Of a DNA stretch of 64,000 bases, positions 29,593 through 39,890 are shown piece after piece. Made by a program: the position numbers and the translations under genes. The DNA is from Halobacteriovoraceae bacterium. Lineage in GTDB: Bacteria; Bdellovibrionota; Bacteriovoracia; Bacteriovoracales; Bacteriovoracaceae. The notes beneath the pieces were generated by a model. The model made no database searches, was not told the DNA's origin, and worked only from the letters and a program-made list of their open reading frames with translations. Position 1 is the stretch's first letter. Each line of letters begins with the position of its first letter. Where the stretch lies: contig CAVRCF010000001.1 of assembly GCA_963719505.1 (NCBI GenBank), forward strand, positions 512,001-576,000, given 5' to 3'.

Positions 29593-31686
29593 TTAAACAG
29601 TGGTTGAAATCTTTTTATCTTGTGAGAGCTTATTTAATAATGGAATAAAAAGCTCTGGTTTTTTGTTTTTAACCTTGTCGACGTCTCGTTGAACTTTCTC
29701 GAAAATAGAGAAATGCTCAAAAATATTTGCAACCTTGTGAGATGAAACATTGCCGGATTGGGAGGAGCCAAAAAGATCTCCCTCTCCTCTGTTTTTTAAA
29801 TCTGCTTCGGCAATCTCGAAGCCATCATGACTTTTTTCAACAACTTTTAATCGTTTAATTCCATCTTGCGAAATATTGTTATCAGGGATTAAAAAACAAA
29901 AGCCAGCTTTCTGTCCTCTTCCAACACGGCCTCTTAACTGATGGAGGGAACTCAGTCCAAAGCGTTCAGGATTGTAAATTGCCATCACTGTTGCATTTAA
30001 GACATTAATTCCTACTTCAATAACTGAGGTGGAGACGAGAATTTGAATAAGGCCTTTATTGTAGTTTATGAGGACTTCATTTTTGTCTTCGGGCTTCATT
30101 TTCCCATGAAGAGCACGAACAGAAAACTGAGGGAAATACCTTTTATAGAGAGACTCTACTTTTTCTATATTTTTTAAATCATTTTCTTCGTTGTCCTCGA
30201 TAGCTGGGACAACAATGTATATCTGCTCTCCAAGCTCTACTCTCGTTTTCACAAAGGATAGATATTTTTCATAGGTCTGGGCATTTATAATTCTAGTCTG
30301 GGTGCCTTTTCTGTTTGAGGGAATAGTCTTGATGGTAGAAATATCAAGGTCTCCGTACTGGGCCAATTGCAAGGTTCTTGGAATTGGTGTCGCACTCATG
30401 AGGAGGCAGTGGGTTCCTTGTCCTTTAGAAACAAGTCTAAGACGTTGTTCTACGCCAAATTTGTGCTGTTCATCTATAATGGCAAGTTGCAAGTTTGAAA
30501 ATGAGACAGAGTCTTGAAAGAGTGAGTGCGTTCCTACCAGAACTTTCGTCTGAGTGCTGCTTAGTCTGTCTTGGATGAGTTTTCTTTGAGAATTCTTCGT
30601 ACTGCCAACGAGCAGGTCAATGGTAAACTTTGAACCAAGAAGATCAGTAAATGTTTTAAAGTGTTGCAGTGCTAAAGCCTCTGTCGGACACATGATTGCA
30701 ACCTGGCCTCCAGCTAAGGCGACTCCAAGAGCTGCAACTATTGCGACGGTTGTTTTTCCACACCCAACGTCTCCTTGAATTATCCTCATCATAGGATGAC
30801 CTAAAGAGAGATCCTTGAAAATTTCATGACACACTTTAGTTTGATCGGTTGTAAATTCATAAGGGAATGTTTTGATAAATTTATCTATGGAGTCTTCATC
30901 TATTTCTATTTTAGGTGCTTTGATGCTTTTTATAGACATTTTTCTAGCAACAACTTTAAGTTGATCTTTTAGGAACTCAAAATAAACCAATTCCTCTTGC
31001 GCTTTCTTAAAGAGCTCAGGGGCATATTCATCGGTTAAACCGTGAAGAGTCATAAAGGTTTGATTCAAAGAGGAAATTGAAAGCTCACTAGATAAATCTT
31101 TAGAAAAGAAGTCTAGAGGCGTGCTCCAAAGTGATGGTTGAATTTTTTGAATAAGTGACTTTAAATGGTTACCCGAGACGCCGCTGACAGTAGGGTACTC
31201 AATGAGAAGATCACTTTTATTCTCTGGAGGGTTGAGGCTTGGATTAACAACTTGAGCAATACCCTTGTAGTCAGAGACGATTCCTAAAAAAACAAACTCG
31301 TCTAGACTCTCTAGTTGATTTTTCAAGTTAGGATAGGAGTTAAACCATTTTAAGTTGAGAAAGGAGTTGCTTTTACTATCTTTTACAACTGCAGTTGCGT
31401 TGTAGAGTTGAACTTTGTTTTTGCCTTTTTTACCAAAAGCGGGAGAGATATCAACATTAATGATAGTAGCGGAACCTTTAAAATAATTGCCAACTTTCAT
31501 CTCTGAGAAAGGTTTGGTACTGGGGAGCTTTATAACTCGTAAAGGGAGAAGCCAAATGAGATCTTCTATAAGTTCTATACCAGATGCCTGAAGCTTCTGA
31601 ATCGTTTTTGTTGGCTTCTTTGGAGTTGAACAAAGAGCAGTAATACTGCTCTTCCAATTTATATTATTTGTACTCAACTTTTTCAA
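29593..31686 (-). CDS. recG: ATP-dependent DNA helicase RecG
   Basis: [41 protein letters not shown]. Confidence 0.96.
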   Translation of the reverse strand: MKKLSTNNINWKSSITALCSTPKKPTKTIQKLQASGIELIEDLIWLLPLRVIKLPSTKPFSEMKVGNYFKGSATIINVDISPAFGKKGKNKVQLYNATAVVKDSKSNSFLNLKWFNSYPNLKNQLESLDEFVFLGIVSDYKGIAQVVNPSLNPPENKSDLLIEYPTVSGVSGNHLKSLIQKIQPSLWSTPLDFFSKDLSSELSISSLNQTFMTLHGLTDEYAPELFKKAQEELVYFEFLKDQLKVVARKMSIKSIKAPKIEIDEDSIDKFIKTFPYEFTTDQTKVCHEIFKDLSLGHPMMRIIQGDVGCGKTTVAIVAALGVALAGGQVAIMCPTEALALQHFKTFTDLLGSKFTIDLLVGSTKNSQRKLIQDRLSSTQTKVLVGTHSLFQDSVSFSNLQLAIIDEQHKFGVEQRLRLVSKGQGTHCLLMSATPIPRTLQLAQYGDLDISTIKTIPSNRKGTQTRIINAQTYEKYLSFVKTRVELGEQIYIVVPAIEDNEENDLKNIEKVESLYKRYFPQFSVRALHGKMKPEDKNEVLINYNKGLIQILVSTSVIEVGINVLNATVMAIYNPERFGLSSLHQLRGRVGRGQKAGFCFLIPDNNISQDGIKRLKVVEKSHDGFEIAEADLKNRGEGDLFGSSQSGNVSSHKVANIFEHFSIFEKVQRDVDKVKNKKPELFIPLLNKLSQDKKISTTV

Positions 31687-32134
31687 TTTCGTATTCGATA
31701 TTACCTTTTGGGGCTCTTACTATAGCTTCGTCACCCTCTTCTTTTCCAATGAGAGCTTTTCCAAGGGGACTGCTAAATGAGATCTTATTCGGATCAGTCA
31801 TGGCTTCATCTTCGCCAACGATTTGAATCGTAGTCGTCTCGTCATTCTCGACATGAGTTATCGTTACAGTCGCACCGAAAACAATTTTCTCATTTGTCGA
31901 TTTTTTAGGGTCTATAACATTGGCCGTTGCGAGTTTTCCTTGGATCTCACCAATTCTTCCCTCAACATGTCCTTGTTGTTCTTTAGCTGCATGATATTCT
32001 GCATTTTCTTTCAGGTCACCATGAGCTCGCGCCTCTGCGATTTGAATCTTTAACTCCTCTCGATCATTTTTGAGAAGACTTTCAAGTTCTGCATCTAATT
32101 GTTTTTTTCCAAAGACTGTCATTGGTGTAGACAT
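31664..32134 (-). CDS. greA: transcription elongation factor GreA
   Basis: [28 protein letters not shown]. Confidence 0.97.
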   Translation of the reverse strand: MSTPMTVFGKKQLDAELESLLKNDREELKIQIAEARAHGDLKENAEYHAAKEQQGHVEGRIGEIQGKLATANVIDPKKSTNEKIVFGATVTITHVENDETTTIQIVGEDEAMTDPNKISFSSPLGKALIGKEEGDEAIVRAPKGNIEYEIEKVEYK

Positions 32135-32151
32135 GTATTACCTCTTTATAT

Positions 32152-32442
32152 CTATTTTTTAAAAAGTGCATCAGCTGCACTTAAGGCGCTTGCCTTTTTT
32201 TCATTATCGTTATTTGTGCCATCTCCTAGCTTGAAGAAGTCACAAAAATTGGCTTTTTCTTTCTCTACTATTCTATCAGCGGTGGGTTCTCTGCAATCAT
32301 TGTAAGAAGAAGTATCATAGAACTGACACATCTTGCAGCATCTAATGCTTGCGTTGCATTTTGTACAGTTTTCGTACCGGCTAATATCTTTTCCAACTTC
32401 TAGTATTAGAATATCATTACACTTGTAACACTTTGCCGTCAT
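32152..32442 (-). CDS. Cys-rich putative zinc-binding protein
   Basis: CxxC, CxxC, CCxxC plus two further Cys; abuts the upstream gene. Confidence 0.7.
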   Translation of the reverse strand: MTAKCYKCNDILILEVGKDISRYENCTKCNASIRCCKMCQFYDTSSYNDCREPTADRIVEKEKANFCDFFKLGDGTNNDNEKKASALSAADALFKK

Positions 32443-32976
32443 CTAAAATTCCTGTGTATAACCAAGACCAAAACCTGAATTTGCCTCATCATTTGGGGCT
32501 GTGAAATAAATTTGAGGAAGATTTCTTTTGTTATATTGGTCAACTGCACTTTTTAGAAGAGTCTCGTTATTGTACTGCAAGGTCTTTGATGTCAAATAGC
32601 TCATAGCAACAAGAACGGCACCTCCAAGAATAAAAGTATTCTTATTTTGCACATTGCCATCATTATTTGTCTGAACAAGCCCGGCCAAAATCATTACACT
32701 GCCAAGGGTACTGGTGGCAGCCCCCCAAATAGTTGGTCTATTTCTCTCTTGATACTCGTTGAGAAGGTCTTTTGCTTGATCGTCTTTCTCAAGATAAAAG
32801 CGCAAGCCCTCTCCCTTTTTACTGGCACCGGCGTCGACAAGGACTTCTTGGTAATTAATGATCGCTACGCGGCTGCAGGTTTCTGCTGTGTGGGCAGAAG
32901 TGATCAATAAGGTAAATATGGCAATTAGCTTTAAAAACATAAGGATTAGTTTATTCCAATACGACATATTATGCAA
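32443..32976 (-). CDS. hypothetical membrane/secreted protein
   Basis: Signal-like N-terminus, two hydrophobic helices, terminal Phe. Start codon uncertain. Confidence 0.7.
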   Translation of the reverse strand: MHNMSYWNKLILMFLKLIAIFTLLITSAHTAETCSRVAIINYQEVLVDAGASKKGEGLRFYLEKDDQAKDLLNEYQERNRPTIWGAATSTLGSVMILAGLVQTNNDGNVQNKNTFILGGAVLVAMSYLTSKTLQYNNETLLKSAVDQYNKRNLPQIYFTAPNDEANSGFGLGYTQEF

Positions 32977-33036
32977 TTTTTGCTGTTAGTTGTTTTCTAG
33001 GCAGTTGCTAGTAATATTAATATATTAGGAAAATTT

Positions 33037-34755
33037 ATGGATATAGTTAAGACTGGAATTGGAATATCAAAAACGATTAAGAATGTTTCTCGTGGAAGAG
33101 AGATTCTCAATGTTCTTTGGAGAAACGGTTTTGATGAATTTATCATTAAAACTAAACTGCATTCCTATATTCCAGGTTTTGTGATTCCGCGAAGTCGATT
33201 CCAAAATGCCATCACTGAGCAAGGCGCAGATGATAACTTTTGGCAGTCGGTTGGCTTTAGACTGAGAAAGTCATTTGAAGAGTTGGGCCCAAGCTTTATC
33301 AAGCTAGGACAGCTTTTATCGACGAGAGAAGATATTCTTGATCCTGCTTTGATCAAAGAATTAAAACTCCTTCAAAACAAAGCGATAGGTATTCCTTTTG
33401 ACCAAGTTCGAGAAATCATTGAAAGAAATTTAGGCCTTTCGCTGGATGAGGCTTTTGACAGCTTTAACCGAGATCCCATAGGGATGGCTTCTATTGGCAT
33501 CGCTTACAAAGCTCAATTGAAGGATGGTACAGATGTCGTTGTTAAGGTTAGAAGACCTTTTATAGAAAAGACCATAAAAACGGACTTCGAAATAGTAGCT
33601 TTTATTATTTCTCAGGTTGAGAGGGTGTCTGGCGACTTCAAATATTTAGGAGCGAGTCGAGCGATTGATGATTTTTTCAAAAGCATACAACTAGAATTAA
33701 ACTTCATTATTGAGGCTCAGAACTGTAAAAAGCTAGCAAAAAACTTAGAATCAATTGATTCTAAAAATATGTTTGTCCTGCCTAAAATTTATGATGAGTA
33801 CACTTGTGAAGAAATTCTTGTCATGGATTTTTTAGATGGCAGACCCTTTAATGAAATTGGCGATCTCAAAAACGAAACCCCTGAACTATCAAATATGATG
33901 AATGAAAGTGTGAAAATGTTTATTCACACTTTATTGGCTGATGGTTTTTTTCATGCCGACCTTCATGGTGGAAACTTTTTTCTTTTAAAAAACGATAAAA
34001 TTGGGCTCATTGACTTTGGTCTTATGGGAAATCTCTCTAAGAAAAATAGAACAAATCTTGTTGCTATCCTCTTAGCTTTGGTGACCAATAATTATGAAAA
34101 TCTCGTCTATGAGTTTCTTGATGTCGCTGAATATGATGAGATCCCCAACCACGATATTCTGATTAGAGATATTCAAGAAGTTCTTTCACCTTTTTTGGGT
34201 CTCAGTGTTCAGCAAACAGATATGACGGCTCTTGTTCACTCTATCGTGACGACACTTGGAAAACATCAAATGTATCTTCCTCGAGAGTGGTTTATTATTT
34301 TTAGATCTCTTATGACTCTTGATGGCGTCGGTAAAGCAATAAATATAGATCTCAACATCTTTGAAGTTATCGACAGTCAGATTCACGATATTATGGGAGA
34401 GCTAGTTTCTAAAGAGTCAATTATGGAAGATGCTATGTGGATTGGGCGAGACACGCTTAATTCCATGAGGATTATCCCTAGACATTTGCGTTGGCTTTTA
34501 AAAGAATTTGCAAAAAAGAAATATCGATTAGATATTCAGCTGATAGGTATTGAAAAAGAAGTATCAGCGGTAAGTAAAAGCATGTTTTTTATGGGGTTGA
34601 TGCTTTTAACGTCGGCGCTGTTTTTCTCCGGAGTCTTTTTGTTAAAAGGGACGTCAGTTGAAAGTTTCAGTGACATCCCAATCATCGTCTGGTGCTTTTG
34701 GTCTCTGAGCTTATTAACTTTTATTCGATCAACATTTTTTCTAAGATCTAAATAG
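33037..34755 (+). CDS. UbiB/ABC1 (AarF) family atypical kinase
   Basis: ELGPSFIKLGQ, ASIG, VVVKV, FFHADLHGGN, IDFG. Confidence 0.92.
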   Translation: MDIVKTGIGISKTIKNVSRGREILNVLWRNGFDEFIIKTKLHSYIPGFVIPRSRFQNAITEQGADDNFWQSVGFRLRKSFEELGPSFIKLGQLLSTREDILDPALIKELKLLQNKAIGIPFDQVREIIERNLGLSLDEAFDSFNRDPIGMASIGIAYKAQLKDGTDVVVKVRRPFIEKTIKTDFEIVAFIISQVERVSGDFKYLGASRAIDDFFKSIQLELNFIIEAQNCKKLAKNLESIDSKNMFVLPKIYDEYTCEEILVMDFLDGRPFNEIGDLKNETPELSNMMNESVKMFIHTLLADGFFHADLHGGNFFLLKNDKIGLIDFGLMGNLSKKNRTNLVAILLALVTNNYENLVYEFLDVAEYDEIPNHDILIRDIQEVLSPFLGLSVQQTDMTALVHSIVTTLGKHQMYLPREWFIIFRSLMTLDGVGKAINIDLNIFEVIDSQIHDIMGELVSKESIMEDAMWIGRDTLNSMRIIPRHLRWLLKEFAKKKYRLDIQLIGIEKEVSAVSKSMFFMGLMLLTSALFFSGVFLLKGTSVESFSDIPIIVWCFWSLSLLTFIRSTFFLRSK

Positions 34756-35725
34756 AGTCAAGACCGCTTATGTAGATAGGTGGAACCTTCGTGAGCTCCT
34801 CGAACCTTCCTGGACCAAAGATACCCGTCAAGAAAGCGTCAATCTCCATGACAATCTCTTTATTTTCAAAACTAAATTCAATATTGGTATTAACAGTTGA
34901 AATAGTAATAGCATTTTTCGTATAGAGAGAGATAAAGTCTTTAAACAGTGAAACAGTTCCAACTCTTAAGAGAGCGGCAAACTGAATTTCGTGATCTTCG
35001 AAATGAGCATGGGGAGACCAGAGAACTCCATACTTACTTATTTCTCTATAATCTTCAAAGTTTCCAACTTCTATAATAACACCATTTAAGTCTTCACCTT
35101 TATTCATTAAAAAGTAGTTGGTAATCTCGTCATTTTCTTTTTTTATATAAAGAGAAGATGAGGTGATTAACTTTAAAGACTCCCAGTCACTGACCTCTCT
35201 GTGTACACGTAGCTCTTTTTGTCCATTGTAGATGCTATTAAGGGTCGCTATTTGGGTGGTGGTCAACTCAGACAACGTAGTGGGAGAGTAGCTATCAACA
35301 TCATCCAGAGAGTGGTCGTATTCAAGTTGTTCAATGCATGGGAAGAAAGAAAACTTCTCATAGAGCTCAATTTGATCACTCCACAGTATATGAAAGGTGG
35401 AAGGTTTTTGAAGAGCCAGGACATGTTCAAAGAACTTTTTAAATATTCCTTGTCCTCTGTGCGACTCATCAACGGCAATGCCGCCGTACATATCGATAGG
35501 AAAGCTTTTATCTTCTACTTTGAAAAATCTTTTTGACACACCTATGTGAGCGATTACTCTGTCTCTCTCTATTATAATATGACAATTGTGGTGATTCTTT
35601 TTTTCTACAAGAGGTGCAAAGTCTACTTGAAAACTATTTTGAGCTGAGTAGTCGAAACTTTTTTCTATAAGAGTCATTGTTTCTTTAAAAAATTCAGGGT
35701 TTTTGGCCAGTGTCGTGTACTTCAT
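34748..35725 (-). CDS. GNAT family (Eis-like) acetyltransferase
   Basis: GGIAVDESHRGQG and LYEKFSF motifs. Confidence 0.8.
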   Translation of the reverse strand: MKYTTLAKNPEFFKETMTLIEKSFDYSAQNSFQVDFAPLVEKKNHHNCHIIIERDRVIAHIGVSKRFFKVEDKSFPIDMYGGIAVDESHRGQGIFKKFFEHVLALQKPSTFHILWSDQIELYEKFSFFPCIEQLEYDHSLDDVDSYSPTTLSELTTTQIATLNSIYNGQKELRVHREVSDWESLKLITSSSLYIKKENDEITNYFLMNKGEDLNGVIIEVGNFEDYREISKYGVLWSPHAHFEDHEIQFAALLRVGTVSLFKDFISLYTKNAITISTVNTNIEFSFENKEIVMEIDAFLTGIFGPGRFEELTKVPPIYISGLDSI

Positions 35726-35850
35726 CGTTAAACATTAACCTCTTTTTCTTAATTGGGCAAAATTATTCACAAGCTAAGTGATTGATTTTGTGAGCTTTTT
35801 TCTCGTTTGTAGGCAATTTATTCCCTGCTCATAATATTACAGTTATTTTT

Positions 35851-35877
35851 TTAAGAGTTCTTTTTATCCGTCGATAA
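35851..35877 (+). promoter_or_regulatory. sigma28-type promoter of flagellin 1
   Basis: TTAAG-N14-GTCGATAA about 70 nt upstream of the flagellin ATG. Confidence 0.7.
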
Positions 35878-35900
35878 AGTATTTGGATGCTTTAGGGCAT

Positions 35901-35943
35901 TTGGTGTGTCAAGGATTGACACAAAAACCAAGTTCAAGGAGGA
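35901..35943 (+). promoter_or_regulatory. putative CsrA-binding hairpin and SD in the flagellin 5'UTR
   Basis: Perfect stem TGTGTCAA-GGA-TTGACACA (35905-35923) with GGA in the loop; further GGA motifs in the AAGGAGG SD. Confidence 0.6.
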
Positions 35944-35947
35944 ACAC

Positions 35948-36793
35948 ATGGGTTTAAGAATTAATACTAATATTTCTTCTCTAAACGCTCAAAGAAATTT
36001 AAGCGGGACGAGATTAAATCAACAGAAGACGTTAGAGCAACTTTCGTCAGGTCAGAGAATTAACCGAGCAGGAGATGATGCTGCCGGATTAGCAATCTCA
36101 GAAAATCTTAAAGCACAAATCAGAGGATTAGGACAAGCAGAAAGAAATGCTCAAGATGGTATTTCACTCGTTCAAATCGCAGAGGGTGGTTTAACTGAAG
36201 TTTCAAACATAATGATTAGACTTAGAGAACTTGCAGTTCAGTCTGCATCGGATACTATCGGTCCTACTGAAAGAAAGTTCCTTAATGTTGAATTTGAACA
36301 ATTAACTGCGGAAGTAGATAGAATTGCAAACTCAACAGAATTTAACCGAGTACCACTTCTAAATGGTACGGGTGCAGTTTTTGATATCCAAATCGGAACA
36401 AGAAATGATCCTTTAGCTGATAGGCTTACGTTTGATGCTTCTAGTGCAGACATAAACGTTGCAGCTCTAGGTCTAAACTTAGCTTCTGTGTCGGATAAGA
36501 TTTCTTCTCAAAACTCTCTAAATGCAATTGACCAGGCTATTACGTCTGTATCAGGTATTAGAGCAGACTTTGGTGCTCTTCAAAACAGATTACAATCAAC
36601 GATTAATAATCTGCAGATTAGTATCGAGAACTTAAGTGCAGCAAACTCACGAGTTAGAGATGCAGATATTGCGAAAACAACCGCTGAATTAACAAAGAAC
36701 AATATTTTAATGCAAGCAGGGACATCGGTTCTAGCACAAGCTAACCAGTCTTCTACAAGTGCATTACAACTTATTCAACAAGCAGCCGGGTAA
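35948..36793 (+). CDS. fliC: flagellin (short, sheathed-flagellum type)
   Basis: MGLRINTN, SSGQRINRAGDDAAGLAISE, LGA/FGALQNRL, SRVRDAD; SD upstream of ATG 35948. Confidence 0.97.
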   Translation: MGLRINTNISSLNAQRNLSGTRLNQQKTLEQLSSGQRINRAGDDAAGLAISENLKAQIRGLGQAERNAQDGISLVQIAEGGLTEVSNIMIRLRELAVQSASDTIGPTERKFLNVEFEQLTAEVDRIANSTEFNRVPLLNGTGAVFDIQIGTRNDPLADRLTFDASSADINVAALGLNLASVSDKISSQNSLNAIDQAITSVSGIRADFGALQNRLQSTINNLQISIENLSAANSRVRDADIAKTTAELTKNNILMQAGTSVLAQANQSSTSALQLIQQAAG

Positions 36794-37026
36794 TAGCTAC
36801 CCCTAGCTCCGGCTAACGCTTTTGAATTGTAAAAAAAACACCTGCAAGTGTTATGTGAATTAACAACACCGTAGGTATGTGACGTCGAAACAATAGGGTT
36901 TCGTGCAAGATTGGGATGTTTGAAAAGTGCAAAAATTAGAAAACACCAATTTTGGATTAACAACAAAGAACAGTACGTTCGCTAATTACCAGGAGGTTAC
37001 AATGACTATACTAGACGGAGCTTAAT

Positions 37027-37857
37027 ATGTTCAGAATCAATACCAATGTCTCAAGCTTAGCGGCTCAAAGACATTTCGGAAATACAAAGACAGAATTAGA
37101 TAGCAGCATGAGAAAACTCTCAAGCGGCGAAAGAATAACAAGAGCTGGCGACGATGCTGCCGGCTTAGCAATAAGCGAAAAACTCAAAGCGAATATTAGG
37201 TCTTTGGGGCAAGCGAAAAGGAATGCAGGAGATGGAATCTCACTCATACAGACAGCAGAAGGTGGACTCTCAGAGGTATCTAATATTGTCATTCGTTTGC
37301 GAGAGCTCGCTATGCAAACAGCATCAGATACAGTTGGCGACACTGAGAGAGAATTTTCAAACATTGAGTTTCAACAGCTCAAAGATGAAATTCAAAGAAT
37401 CACTCAGTCAGCCGAGTTTAACGGAAGGAAACTTCTCGATGGAACAGGTGGAATCGTGGATATCCAAATTGGGATTAAAAACGATGCCTTTAATGACAGG
37501 ATTAGTTACGATAGTTCAAAAATCGCCTCTACTCTTGAAGACCTGGGAATTGGGGGGGAGCTTGTTGCAGATAAAGAATCATCGCAAATGGCCCTTTCAA
37601 AACTTGACGACGCCATTGTTAAAATTAACGGCAATAGAGCTGAGCTTGGTGCGCTCCAGAATCGTCTCCAATCTGTTACCAATTCAATTGGTATCACTGA
37701 AGAGAACCTTTCGGCGGCAAACTCAAGAATCAGAGATGTTGACGTGGCAAATGAGTCTGCCAGGCTAACGAGAAGTAATATCCTCGCGCAAGCAGGAACT
37801 TCAGTGTTGGCCCAGGCTAATCAAACGCCACAACTTGCACTAAAACTGATTGGATAG
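37027..37857 (+). CDS. fliC: flagellin paralogue 2
   Basis: RINTNV, LSSGERITRAGDDAAGLAISE, GALQNRL, SRIRDVDVA. Confidence 0.97.
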   Translation: MFRINTNVSSLAAQRHFGNTKTELDSSMRKLSSGERITRAGDDAAGLAISEKLKANIRSLGQAKRNAGDGISLIQTAEGGLSEVSNIVIRLRELAMQTASDTVGDTEREFSNIEFQQLKDEIQRITQSAEFNGRKLLDGTGGIVDIQIGIKNDAFNDRISYDSSKIASTLEDLGIGGELVADKESSQMALSKLDDAIVKINGNRAELGALQNRLQSVTNSIGITEENLSAANSRIRDVDVANESARLTRSNILAQAGTSVLAQANQTPQLALKLIG

Positions 37858-37869
37858 TCACATATCTAC

Positions 37870-37901
37870 AAGGTATCCCTCAAATGAGGGATACCTTTTT
37901 T
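37870..37901 (+). terminator. intrinsic terminator after flagellin 2
   Basis: AAGGTATCCCTCA-aa-TGAGGGATACCTTTTTT. Confidence 0.9.
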
Positions 37902-37946
37902 ATTTCTATCTATTTACCCTCGCGTAAAACCTGTTAAAATCAACCT

Positions 37947-38927
37947 ATGAATACAACCCCAAAAAATCAAAAAACGATTCTTATCTTTGGAGTTTCTTCC
38001 TTTTTAGGATCAAACTTGGCTGAATTACTCAAGGATAAGTACCGAGTAGTGGGGACTTACTTTAATAACGATACTAGAATCGATGGCGTTTTATCTCTCA
38101 AGTGTGACGTCCATCAAAAAGATCAAGTCCAAAAGCTATGTTTTATTATTAAGCCAGATGTAACAATTTATGCCATCGGTTTATCGAGTATTAGAGATTG
38201 TCATCAGTATCCAAAAGTTGCAGATGCTCTTAATACAGCGGGAGTTTTTAATGTCTCTGCCGCAGCAGAACGCTACAACTCAAAGTTTATTTATTTCTCT
38301 AGCTCATTTATTTTTTCTGGAGAAGACACTCTTTATAAAGAGAACGATACTCCGATGCCCTCGACGATGTATGGAAGTACAATGGCTTCCAGCGAATTCT
38401 ATGTCCAAAAATCATGCTTAAACTATATTATTTTTCGTTGTTCCCCTTTAATTGGAAGAGGGTATCAGTTTCATTCCTCTAATTGGATCGAGACACTTGA
38501 TCGATTAAACTATCAAGGGAAGAAGATCCTGTGCGACACAAAAATTTACACCGGTTTTATCGACGTATACACTCTCGCATCTATAGTTGATGAAGCTATA
38601 CAAAAGAAAATTACCAATAGGCTTTTCCAACTTTCCTCAACTGATATCATGAATAAATTTGAGTTTTCAGTGGAGTACTTGGATCATGTTAAAGGAAACC
38701 AATCTTTACTGTCGAAAGTTGATTGGGAGTTTCCAAAACTTGATAACCAAGTAACAAGGCAACAAGAGAGTGCTGAGAGCTTTTATCGTATGGACCTTGA
38801 TAATGCACGGGGAACTTTCTCCACTCCAATGCCTACTATAAAAGGTGCTATAAAGAGAATTCTAGATGAATACTCGGGGGCTATCGGTGGAGCAAAAAAG
38901 AAATCTTCTGGGGTTACTTTTATCTAG
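37947..38927 (+). CDS. RmlD-like extended SDR (sugar-nucleotide binding) with degenerate motifs
   Basis: LIFGVSSFLG, KPDVTI, YKENDTP.P..MYG; YxxxK is replaced by YGSTM. Confidence 0.75.
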   Translation: MNTTPKNQKTILIFGVSSFLGSNLAELLKDKYRVVGTYFNNDTRIDGVLSLKCDVHQKDQVQKLCFIIKPDVTIYAIGLSSIRDCHQYPKVADALNTAGVFNVSAAAERYNSKFIYFSSSFIFSGEDTLYKENDTPMPSTMYGSTMASSEFYVQKSCLNYIIFRCSPLIGRGYQFHSSNWIETLDRLNYQGKKILCDTKIYTGFIDVYTLASIVDEAIQKKITNRLFQLSSTDIMNKFEFSVEYLDHVKGNQSLLSKVDWEFPKLDNQVTRQQESAESFYRMDLDNARGTFSTPMPTIKGAIKRILDEYSGAIGGAKKKSSGVTFI

Positions 38928-39474
38928 CTGAGTGCTTAATAAATTCCGTTAAATAATGACGTGTAAGAGCGTCGACATCAACATTTTCACCATTAAATTT
39001 CCATGAGATTTTATTAAATGCACCCACGTGGGCTTTAATTTCATGAATCTTGGATGTTGGAGACTCTTCAAAGTTTAAGCGTGCCGAAAACAACCCACCT
39101 GTATTAGAGAGGAAACCAATAGTAATAACATCAGCAGATCTTCTAGCGATAACAAGTTTTAAGGAATTTCTATAAAGCATAAAGTCGTTGATAGTGTTTG
39201 AAATCTTGAATGACTTTATGAGGCCACTTTGACTTCCTCTAAACTCGTTAAACTTTGTGAGATAGATTTCAAATCTCTCTTTTAGTTCTTCCATAAGTTC
39301 AATAGAAGACTCTTCAAGGAGTTTAACTGGGTTTAGGTGTTCGCTAAAGTTAATAACACCAGTCTCTTCCATGTTGAGCTCTTCAAGAGCAAGAGTTTCA
39401 ATCCAGTTAGTAGCAATCGTATTATTAGTTAGTTGATTATTCATATAAAAATGATCAAGGTATTTGGACGACAT
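38920..39474 (-). CDS. hypothetical protein
   Basis: Long ORF with normal composition directly downstream of the 6S RNA; the start may be ATG 39444. Confidence 0.75.
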   Translation of the reverse strand: MSSKYLDHFYMNNQLTNNTIATNWIETLALEELNMEETGVINFSEHLNPVKLLEESSIELMEELKERFEIYLTKFNEFRGSQSGLIKSFKISNTINDFMLYRNSLKLVIARRSADVITIGFLSNTGGLFSARLNFEESPTSKIHEIKAHVGAFNKISWKFNGENVDVDALTRHYLTEFIKHSAR

Positions 39475-39488
39475 GTCAAGAAATGAGA

Positions 39489-39670
39489 GGGTCTAGATAA
39501 TGCTTGTGGTTTCGCGCCCTAAATAAAAAGGTGGGTGCAATTAGTAATTATCTTAGGCTTCCCATTTATCAAACTTCGTTCGAAGTTTGTTGGGCATGCT
39601 CACAATAACCAGTGACAGCTCCCGCGAAAAGTAATGTAGGGCGAAACTTGTATTGCATTATCTAGAGCCC
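39489..39670 (-). ncRNA. ssrS: 6S RNA
   Basis: About 182 nt rod. The ends pair (TCTAGATAATGC/GCATTATCTAGA; GTTTCG..CCCTA/TAGGG..CGAAAC) around a central bubble. The minus strand carries GUGAGCAUGCCC, GGGAAGCCUAAG, GGGAGCU and GCACCCACCU, resembling known 6S RNAs. Extended -10 TGgTATACT lies just upstream. Confidence 0.85.
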
Positions 39671-39676
39671 ATAATC

Positions 39677-39685
39677 AGTATACCA
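39677..39685 (-). promoter_or_regulatory. extended -10 promoter of the 6S RNA
   Basis: Minus strand TGGTATACT, 6-7 nt before the 5' end of the closing stem. Confidence 0.65.
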
Positions 39686-39832
39686 GATTTGTGGGCAACA
39701 GTAGATAAGTAATATTAGCTGTCTTGATTTGTCTAACCTACCGGAAAGACGAAGAATTGGGGATTTATCTCATGTCGCTTTGCGAAAAACCGATTAAAAT
39801 GGTAAAATATAAGTATTAGAGAAACTTTTTTA

Positions 39833-39860
39833 TAAAGTTTAGGAACATTCAAGCCGAGAA
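39833..39860 (+). promoter_or_regulatory. sigma28-type promoter of the Flp pilin
   Basis: TAAAG-N15-GCCGAGAA, 30 nt upstream of ATG 39891. Confidence 0.7.
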
Positions 39861-39890
39861 GTAAGAGTGTTCACTAATAGGAGAGTTGTG

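Noticed and set aside
35775-35787. IHF-like site (minus strand AATCAA-tcac-TTA) upstream of flagellin 1
   Set aside because: No accompanying sigma54 box, and such matches arise easily in AT-rich DNA.
36794-37000. c-di-GMP riboswitch between the flagellins
   Set aside because: Hairpins are present, but I could not find the GGCAAA/GNRA-receptor pattern; an Rfam scan would be needed.
37223-37768. 181-aa alternative-frame ORF inside flagellin 2, and the other short nested or antisense ORFs in the track
   Set aside because: Fully overlapped by well-supported genes, with no recognisable motifs.
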